Shown one piece after another: positions 57,757 to 64,000 of a DNA stretch of 64,000 bases (positions are counted from its first letter, which is position 1; each line of letters opens with the position of its first letter). Below the pieces are notes generated by a model. It was not told the DNA's origin. It saw nothing but the letters and a program-made list of their open reading frames with translations, and did no database searches. The DNA lies in contig CAXXVZ010000003.1 of NCBI GenBank assembly GCA_963678065.2, positions 736,001 to 800,000 on the forward strand, given 5' to 3'. A program made the translations under genes and the position numbers. This stretch comes from Treponemataceae bacterium. Lineage in GTDB: Bacteria > Spirochaetota > Spirochaetia > Treponematales > Rectinemataceae.

Positions 57757-58929
57757 ATGGAAGCTTTTTTTCTCATAAAGATCGGCGAGATCCTCCTCAA
57801 ACTCGGCAACCGGAAGGAATTCGAGACGAGGCTCCGCAACCAGCTCAAGAAAAAACTCGCCGGCATCCGGCACACAATAGAGGACTACCCTGGCCGTTAT
57901 TTCCTCATCGTCGACGAGGAGGATTCAGATCAGGCCGAAGAAGTCCTGTCGCACACGCCGGGGATAAACGGCTACGCCCGCGCCATAAAATGCAAAAAAA
58001 AGCCAGAGGACATCCTCTCCGCCGCGGAAAAGCTGGCCGAAGCCGCGATCTCCTCCGGCAAGCGCAGGTTCAAAGCTGAGACCAGGCGCTCCGACAAGAG
58101 TTTCCCCTGGAATTCCTACGAGACCTGCGCCGCGGTCGGCGAACGTATCTGCGAACTCCATCCTGAATGCTCTGTCGACCTCCACGATCCCGAGTTCATC
58201 ATCAACGTGGAAATCCGCGAGCGGGTCTATGTCTTCGGCGAAACGATTCCCGGCACGAGAGGCCTGCCTGTCGGCTCGGGCGGCATGGGGCTCCTCCTTC
58301 TGTCGGGCGGCATCGATTCTCCCGTCGCAGGTTACCTCATGGCCAAGCGGGGGCTCAATCTCAGCGCCGTCTATTTTCACGCCTATCCCTACACCTCGGA
58401 GGAGGCGAGGCTGAAAGTCGTCGAACTCGCGAAAGTCCTCGCCGTCTACACGGGGGGCATCCGGCTCTGGACTGTTCCCTTCACCGAGGTGCAGATGACC
58501 ATCAAAGCCAAGGCGCCCGAAAACGCCACGACACTGATGATGCGCGGCGCGATGATGGAGCTCTCCCACTGCCTCGCGAGGAAACTCCATGCGAACTGCC
58601 TCGTGACGGGCGAAAGCCTTGGCCAGGTGGCGAGCCAGACCGCGGAGAACCTCCGCTTCACGCAGAGCCGGACAACTCTCGCCGTCATGAGGCCTCTCAT
58701 CGGGACCGACAAAGAGGATACGGTCAATCTCGCCAAAACGATAGGAACATACAGGATCTCGATCCTTCCCTACGAGGACTGCTGCGTCCTCTTCTCGCCC
58801 AAGCATCCTGTCCTCAAGGCGAAACTCGGCGAAGCCATCTCGATCTATGAATCCCTCGGCCTCGCGCCCCTCCTCGAGAAAGCCCTGGCCGAGGCGGAAC
58901 TGCTGAAAATTCCCTACGGAAACCCGTAA
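57757..58929 (+). CDS. thiI: tRNA 4-thiouridine synthase ThiI (no rhodanese domain)
   Basis: GEILLKLGNR, THUMP, LLSGGIDSPVA, TGESLGQVASQT, PYEDCC. Confidence 0.95.
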   Translation: MEAFFLIKIGEILLKLGNRKEFETRLRNQLKKKLAGIRHTIEDYPGRYFLIVDEEDSDQAEEVLSHTPGINGYARAIKCKKKPEDILSAAEKLAEAAISSGKRRFKAETRRSDKSFPWNSYETCAAVGERICELHPECSVDLHDPEFIINVEIRERVYVFGETIPGTRGLPVGSGGMGLLLLSGGIDSPVAGYLMAKRGLNLSAVYFHAYPYTSEEARLKVVELAKVLAVYTGGIRLWTVPFTEVQMTIKAKAPENATTLMMRGAMMELSHCLARKLHANCLVTGESLGQVASQTAENLRFTQSRTTLAVMRPLIGTDKEDTVNLAKTIGTYRISILPYEDCCVLFSPKHPVLKAKLGEAISIYESLGLAPLLEKALAEAELLKIPYGNP

Positions 58930-58960
58930 GGGATCGGTGAGAGACATCGCGAAGGGCAAT

Positions 58961-58992
58961 AAAAAAGGGCGCGACATTTCTTTGTCGCGCCC
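58961..58992 (-). terminator. Intrinsic terminator of tRNA-Glu
   Basis: GGGCGCGACA/TGTCGCGCCC stem with T6 on minus strand. Confidence 0.8.
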
Positions 58993-58996
58993 CGAC

Positions 58997-59068
58997 CATC
59001 CCCAAGGGGAATCGAACCCCTGTTGGCGGGATGAAAACCCGCTGTCCTAACCTCTAGACGATGGGGAC
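58997..59068 (-). tRNA. tRNA-Glu(UUC), CCA not encoded
   Basis: GTCCCCA/TGGGGAT, GCGGG-TTTTCAT-CCCGC, GGTTCGATTCC; TTGACA-18-TATAGT promoter at 59114-59085. Confidence 0.95.
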
Positions 59069-59143
59069 ATCTAGAACGGGAAGCACTATACCTTCGGGCC
59101 CTCCCCTGTGTCAAGATCCGGAGGAATCCGCGAAATCCGGGAG

Positions 59144-60547
59144 TCAGAACTTGATCTTGGACCTCGCCATGTCGCGGAGGCCCGCGGCCAGCTTGTTGTC
59201 GGGCTTGAGCTTCAGGGCGGCCTCGCAGTCGGCCAGAGCCTGCGGGTAATCCGCGATCTGGAAGAAGGCCATGGCGCGCCGGTACCGCGACCAGAAATGG
59301 AAGGGATGGATGTCGAGAGCCAGATCGAAATCGGCGATCGCGCCGTGAAAATCCTGGATGACGCTCTTCACCACCCCGCGGTAGTACGCGGATTTGTAGC
59401 AGGCAGGATCGAACTCGAGGCTTCGGTCGAAGTCGGCTATCGCCTGTGTGTAGCAGGATTGGGAGAAGTAGGCCATCCCGCGGTGTTTCAGCACGACGGA
59501 GGCGATCTCTTTTCCCGGAATCTGGTCGAGTATTTCCGTGTACAGATCCGTCGCCCTCTTGTAATCTTCGCGGTTGTGGGCTTCCAGAGCGGAAAGAAGG
59601 AGCTCATCCATCGTCACCATTCGGGCCGGCAAAGCGTGCCCGGAGTATCCCGCGCCGTCCTCGAGGTCGACTGTTCCGAGGAGATGGGCTGCCGATGCTC
59701 CGCTTCGGGTAAAACCCTCCTCAGGAGCCAGAGCTATCTCAGGAGGCGCAGAGAAGCCCGCCTCTTTCCCTGCGTCGACCCGCGATCCCTCACCTGCGGC
59801 CGCATGGGCCTCTAACTGTGCGGCGGAGCCGACCGGGAGGTTCAGGGGCCTGTCCATCGTCTCCTCTATCTTGCCGTGGAAGGCGCTTCGTCTCCTCTCG
59901 AGTTCGGAATTGAGCCGGCGCTGGTAGTCGAGGATTTCCTGGAAGATGATGTCGGAAAGGGAGAGATTCGCGTTCAGGGCCGCGAGTTTCCTCTTGAGCG
60001 GTTCGTCGAATGGCGTGAACTCCGCCTTGTAGACGAGTTCATGCTCCACCTCGGCCCACGCTTCCTGAAGAATGGTTCTGAGCTGGATCTCGAATACTGG
60101 CTTGTCGAGTCCCACCGAAGCGTCACGGAGGTCGGGCGGCAGTTCGGCCAGCATGTGGATCGACTCATAACCGAACTCTTTGAAAGAGCGTTCGGAGCCT
60201 TTCCGTTCCAGCTCGACCACAGTGAAGGCGGAGCAGATAGCTTTCTCGGCCCGGTCGAGATCCCCGAGGAAGGGACAGATCGCCCGCACGGCTATGACGT
60301 CGGTGATCGGGATGGGCTCCTGTCCGGTCAGATGCGCCTTCATCTTTATGCGGATGCGCTTTGAATAGAGAGAATCGAAGCTTTTGATCCTGCCCTTTAT
60401 GGAAGGCCGGATCGAGATGGCCTCGAGGATCTCGCGGATGCGGTGCTCGAGGACGAGGAGTGCATATTGGTAAAGGGGATTGTTCTGCTGGAACTCGGCT
60501 TCCAGTGCCGATTTGTCGGGAATCCGTATGACATCATTTTGGTCCAT
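59144..60547 (-). CDS. Small alarmone synthetase (RelA/SpoT synthetase domain) with C-terminal TPR repeats
   Basis: GRIKSFDSLYSK, DVIAVR, GYESIH, FEIQLRTILQEAWAEVEHELVYK; C-terminal TPRs. Confidence 0.9.
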   Translation of the reverse strand: MDQNDVIRIPDKSALEAEFQQNNPLYQYALLVLEHRIREILEAISIRPSIKGRIKSFDSLYSKRIRIKMKAHLTGQEPIPITDVIAVRAICPFLGDLDRAEKAICSAFTVVELERKGSERSFKEFGYESIHMLAELPPDLRDASVGLDKPVFEIQLRTILQEAWAEVEHELVYKAEFTPFDEPLKRKLAALNANLSLSDIIFQEILDYQRRLNSELERRRSAFHGKIEETMDRPLNLPVGSAAQLEAHAAAGEGSRVDAGKEAGFSAPPEIALAPEEGFTRSGASAAHLLGTVDLEDGAGYSGHALPARMVTMDELLLSALEAHNREDYKRATDLYTEILDQIPGKEIASVVLKHRGMAYFSQSCYTQAIADFDRSLEFDPACYKSAYYRGVVKSVIQDFHGAIADFDLALDIHPFHFWSRYRRAMAFFQIADYPQALADCEAALKLKPDNKLAAGLRDMARSKIKF

Positions 60548-60648
60548 CGTCCTACTCTACACCTGAATCCCGACTTTTCAAAGCACATAGCACTCCGGAT
60601 CCCTGTGTCGCGGGAACCGCTGATCCGGAACGAATTGCCTGTTGGGGT

Positions 60649-61152
60649 TCAGCGCACGCGGGGCAGTTTGGGCATGCCGCCCACGGTGACGAGCACGCGG
60701 TACTGTCCGGGCAAGCCCGCGGTGAGAGTCTTCGAAAGGGCCTTCACCCCGAGGGAGAGCGGTGGATCGAGGGAGAGGGAAGCCTCTGGAGAGAGGTCGA
60801 TGTAGATCGTTCCCGCGCGGTACAGGACAGATTCAACCCTGGTTCCCGCGGCGAACAGAGGACGCAGCGAGGCCGTGCGGGGACCGAGCACGAGCTCCGA
60901 GGCGAGGAGGGCAGCGTTGTTTTCGATTCCGCTTCCGAGCGGAAGGACCCGGGTCTCGCCGCGAAGGCTATGTCCCGAAGGCGAAGCGAAATACAGAAGC
61001 GTCTCGTACTTGGGACCGGAAGCGATCCAGACTGTCGACGAAAAGAGAAAAAGGGCGACAAGGAGGGTGAGAGCCTTGTTGAGTGGCAGGGAAATCCACT
61101 CGCGGAGGAAAGATACGGCGTGCTGAAAAAGGGGAAGGAACACGTTCTTCAT
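60649..61152 (-). CDS. GerMN-like domain protein
   Basis: N-terminal TM, LYF...LRGETR, ELVLGP, LFAAGTRV, IYIDLS; overlaps amidase stop. Confidence 0.7.
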   Translation of the reverse strand: MKNVFLPLFQHAVSFLREWISLPLNKALTLLVALFLFSSTVWIASGPKYETLLYFASPSGHSLRGETRVLPLGSGIENNAALLASELVLGPRTASLRPLFAAGTRVESVLYRAGTIYIDLSPEASLSLDPPLSLGVKALSKTLTAGLPGQYRVLVTVGGMPKLPRVR

Positions 61153-62276
61153 TGCGAGGTCGAACCTTTCTGGCCTTCGAAATACAGGACAAAATCGACG
61201 ATGCCATTATAGATCGATTCGGATAGCCGGCGCAAGTAAGCCTCGTCGGAGAGAAGGGCCGCCTCTTCAGGGCTGGTCACGAATCCCGTCTCGATGAGAA
61301 CAGAAGGCATGTGGGCGTTGCGGACGACAAACCACTCCTCTGCGCGTATGCCGCGGCTCGGGCTATCCTTTCCTATATTTTTCTCCATCCGGCCGAGGAT
61401 ACTCCGGGCAAGGATGATGCTCTCGGTCGTGTACTCCTCCTCGAGCATCGCGTTCATTATCGGGACTATTTCTTCGCCTACTTTTTTGCTCATGTTCTCG
61501 TCGACCACGTTCCGGCGGTACTCCGGGTTGAGATACCAGACCTCGAAACCCTTCGCGCTCTTGTTGAAGGAGGCGTTGGCGTGGATCGAGACATAGATGA
61601 TGGCCTGATTATCTTCGAGAGTCTCGGAATTGGCCATGGACACCCTGTCCTCGAGAGTCGGATAGACATCCTTGTCCCGCGACAGGAGGATGCGCCTCTC
61701 GGGGAATCTGCGCTTGAGCTCCGCATAGACCTCGAGGGCGATTCTGAGGTTGAGATCCTTTTCCACGACCCGGAGCGTGCCCTGGGCCGTTTCGTGCTCG
61801 CCGATCGCGCCTGTGTCCTTGCCGCCGTGTCCAGGATCGATGAGGATGGCCGCGACGGAATAGCGGTTCGCGTTCTGCTTTTCGAGGGCGAGATATCGTT
61901 TTTCGAGGGCTGTCCGGAAATCAGCCTTGAAACTCGGTCCTCCGGATTCGTTCTCGGGGGCGGATACGGGCGTCTGATCCTTCCAGTCCCAGAGGATCCA
62001 GGGCACTCCCGTGGCGAACACCGCGTTGAGGCCGAAGCGCCGGAAATACCCGTAGCCGGTCAGACTGTCATAGAAGACCTCGGCCTTCAGGGCTTCTGCC
62101 AGGGCCGCCAGACTGAGGGCCCCCTGCGCGGCGGCCGGTTTCGCGGTCTGGCCCGATCCCGGAGACAGGGCTGGCTGGGTGACGGAAGACGCCGTCTTCT
62201 GCGCAGCCACGAGGAGAGGGGCGCAGCACAGCAAAAGACAGGCGGCCGCAAGCCGTAATTGAGAACGTTTCATCAT
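61149..62276 (-). CDS. N-acetylmuramoyl-L-alanine amidase (Amidase_3)
   Basis: IDPGHGGKDTGA, EKDLNL, YVSIHANA, PSVLIETGFV; signal peptide. Confidence 0.93.
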   Translation of the reverse strand: MMKRSQLRLAAACLLLCCAPLLVAAQKTASSVTQPALSPGSGQTAKPAAAQGALSLAALAEALKAEVFYDSLTGYGYFRRFGLNAVFATGVPWILWDWKDQTPVSAPENESGGPSFKADFRTALEKRYLALEKQNANRYSVAAILIDPGHGGKDTGAIGEHETAQGTLRVVEKDLNLRIALEVYAELKRRFPERRILLSRDKDVYPTLEDRVSMANSETLEDNQAIIYVSIHANASFNKSAKGFEVWYLNPEYRRNVVDENMSKKVGEEIVPIMNAMLEEEYTTESIILARSILGRMEKNIGKDSPSRGIRAEEWFVVRNAHMPSVLIETGFVTSPEEAALLSDEAYLRRLSESIYNGIVDFVLYFEGQKGSTSQ

Positions 62277-63241
62277 GTATCGACAGACTCTCCCCACATT
62301 TCCACGAGGCCCCTTGAGTCGGTGGCGAAGCGGAAGGTATTCTCTTTGATCCAGGCCGCGAGAACCCTGAAACTGCGGAAGGCGCGCAGAGGATTTCCCC
62401 CGCGCCTCATCAGGAAACCCCAGAGCGATCCGATGGGAAGGACGGCGCTGTCTCCTTTATACACCGGAGCCATGTTCTTCAGCCAGAAGCGCGCAAAGTC
62501 CTCTCTTCCCCCACGGTTTTCGTCCGGAGGCCCGGAACCGCAGACCAGTTCGAGCGAGGGGAGAATACTCAGTCTTTCGCCCTGTAGCCAGGCCCTGAAG
62601 CCGAAATCGAGACACTCCCAGTAGGGAGAGTGAAATTCGCTGTCGTAGCCCCCTGTCGCGAGGAAGGCCGCCCGAGGGAAGAATCCCGTGAACCCGACAG
62701 GATAGAGGGTGGGAATCTCCACCTTGCCCGGGATGACGGCGACGGGCGAAAGTTCCTTCCTGTCGAAGGCAGGCAGAGCCGCCTGGGGAAGTTCGTTCCC
62801 CGACGTGTCGAAGATCCTGGGGGCCGCGCACAGAAGACCGGAATCGGCGAGTCTTTCGAAAAAGCGGCTGGAAAAACCTGCCCCGCGGAGAATCATGTCG
62901 CTCCACAGGACGAGCACATGGTTTCCCGCCGATTCCCTCATGGCGCAGTTCACCATAGTGCCGGGGCTCGTTTCTTCCGCGAACAGGACGAATTTGAGTC
63001 CCTGGAAAGTCTTCGTCTTCGCTTCCGCCATACCCGGCTCGATGGAGCCCGTCATGTACAGGATCGACGGAAATCCTGCCCTGAGGAGGTTTTCGATCAG
63101 GTCGAGGCGGAAGAGCCTTTCCTTCCTGCCGAGAATGACCGCAGACACAGCCACGGGAGTCTCGGAGGCTCTTCCCCCTCCTCCTCCGATGACCGTATAC
63201 CGGATGGAGGATGTTCCGTTGTGCGCCGCTTCTCCGTGCAT
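62273..63241 (-). CDS. Glycosyltransferase-2-like hypothetical protein (start uncertain)
   Basis: YTVIGG, VLVLWSD, GGYDSEF..YWECLDFGFRAWLQG. Confidence 0.65.
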   Translation of the reverse strand: MHGEAAHNGTSSIRYTVIGGGGGRASETPVAVSAVILGRKERLFRLDLIENLLRAGFPSILYMTGSIEPGMAEAKTKTFQGLKFVLFAEETSPGTMVNCAMRESAGNHVLVLWSDMILRGAGFSSRFFERLADSGLLCAAPRIFDTSGNELPQAALPAFDRKELSPVAVIPGKVEIPTLYPVGFTGFFPRAAFLATGGYDSEFHSPYWECLDFGFRAWLQGERLSILPSLELVCGSGPPDENRGGREDFARFWLKNMAPVYKGDSAVLPIGSLWGFLMRRGGNPLRAFRSFRVLAAWIKENTFRFATDSRGLVEMWGESVDT

Positions 63242-63384
63242 TACTCTGAGTATCGGCCCGGATGCCCCGCTTCGTGAATCCGGGATCGAGACAATTTCCT
63301 CGCGGAAGACCGCACCGAAAAAATCGGCATTTTTCTGCGATTGGTGCTTGAATCCCATACTGATTGGATATACAGTGCATGGCG

Positions 63385-63415
63385 GTACAACATATGGTGC
63401 CACTATATGTTGTAT
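63385..63415. promoter_or_regulatory. Tandem NrdR boxes
   Basis: GTACAACATATGGTGC (rc GCACCATATGTTGTAC) and CCACTATATGTTGTAT match acaCwAtATaTwGtg upstream of an RNR gene. Confidence 0.85.
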
Positions 63416-63463
63416 ATGCAAGACTTGACACCACTAGGAAAACCGGTGTCCGGAGGAAAGAGA

Positions 63464-64000
63464 TTGAAATTTGAGCGTCATTTTACCACGACGGAATCAG
63501 GCCCCTACGCGGGCATAAGCTGGGAAGCGCGGACAAGCGAGATCCGCAACCCTGACGGCAAATCGGTCTACAAGATGTCGGGCGCCATCGTGCCCTCGTT
63601 CTGGAGCCAGATAGCCACGGACATAATCTCGCAGAAATACTTCCGCAAGGCGGGGATCCCGGAGGACAAAGCCTGCGCCTGGGAAGAGTACCTGCCCGAA
63701 AACCAGAGATCCTGCGGCGCGAACGCAGGAAAGCCCGGCGCGGAATATGATGCCCGTCAGGTCTTCCACAGGCTCGCCCACACCTGGCGCGTTTGGGGGG
63801 AGAGCGCGGGCTATTTCGACAGCGCAGAAGACGCGAGGGTCTTCTACGAAGAACTGCTCTACATGCTCGCGCACCAGATGGCCGCGCCCAACAGCCCCCA
63901 GTGGTTCAACACGGGTCTCTACGCTGTCTACGGCATCGAGGGACCGCCTCAGGGGCATTTCTACGTCGACCCCGCCACGGGCGAGGTCACCAAGTCCGCC
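63464..64000 (+). CDS. nrdJ: Class II (adenosylcobalamin-dependent) ribonucleotide reductase, 5' part, runs off window; not in ORF track
   Basis: Manual translation from TTG after GGAGG: MKFERHFT...EIRNPDG...WSQIATDIISQKYFRKAG...RQVFHRLAHTW...APNSPQWFNTGL. Confidence 0.93.
   Translation, partial: MKFERHFTTTESGPYAGISWEARTSEIRNPDGKSVYKMSGAIVPSFWSQIATDIISQKYFRKAGIPEDKACAWEEYLPENQRSCGANAGKPGAEYDARQVFHRLAHTWRVWGESAGYFDSAEDARVFYEELLYMLAHQMAAPNSPQWFNTGLYAVYGIEGPPQGHFYVDPATGEVTKSA

Noticed and set aside
59144..60547. Toxic SAS toxin-antitoxin module
   Set aside because: Core-genome context, TPR regulatory tail and no antitoxin-like neighbour; matches the housekeeping treponemal SAS type.

Overview
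GC-rich chromosomal segment, almost certainly from an anaerobic spirochaete (Treponematales/Rectinema-like). This is inferred from gene content and order: rnc-acpP-rpmF-coaD, alpha2-type GlyRS, SAS-TPR/GerMN/amidase block and class II RNR. Most of the window is housekeeping: four aminoacyl-tRNA synthetases, cca, rnc, six tRNAs, tig-clpP-clpX-lon, a TPP riboswitch with thiBPQ, rlmN, a split shikimate/Phe/Tyr cluster, uvrB, htrA, lepA, iscS-thiI, and the start of nrdJ with NrdR boxes. Accessory genes are interleaved in the first 16 kb. The strongest candidate for an undescribed system is a FadR-regulated operon (4056-9153) encoding a glycyl-radical enzyme with atypical active-site loops, its radical-SAM activase and a tandem PNPOx-like split-barrel protein. 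Other oddities: a 27-bp tandem repeat that multiplies the catalytic-Cys peptide of RlmN five times; a stand-alone FliG N-terminal domain; a ~145-nt rod-like structured element in the glyQS leader; a sigma-54 promoter driving a DUF4405/cytochrome-b-like pair; and a glutaredoxin-FTR pair tightly linked to cysteine desulfurase-ThiI. No CRISPR array, integrase or transposase was seen. All calls rest on motif recognition by eye; no searches were run.
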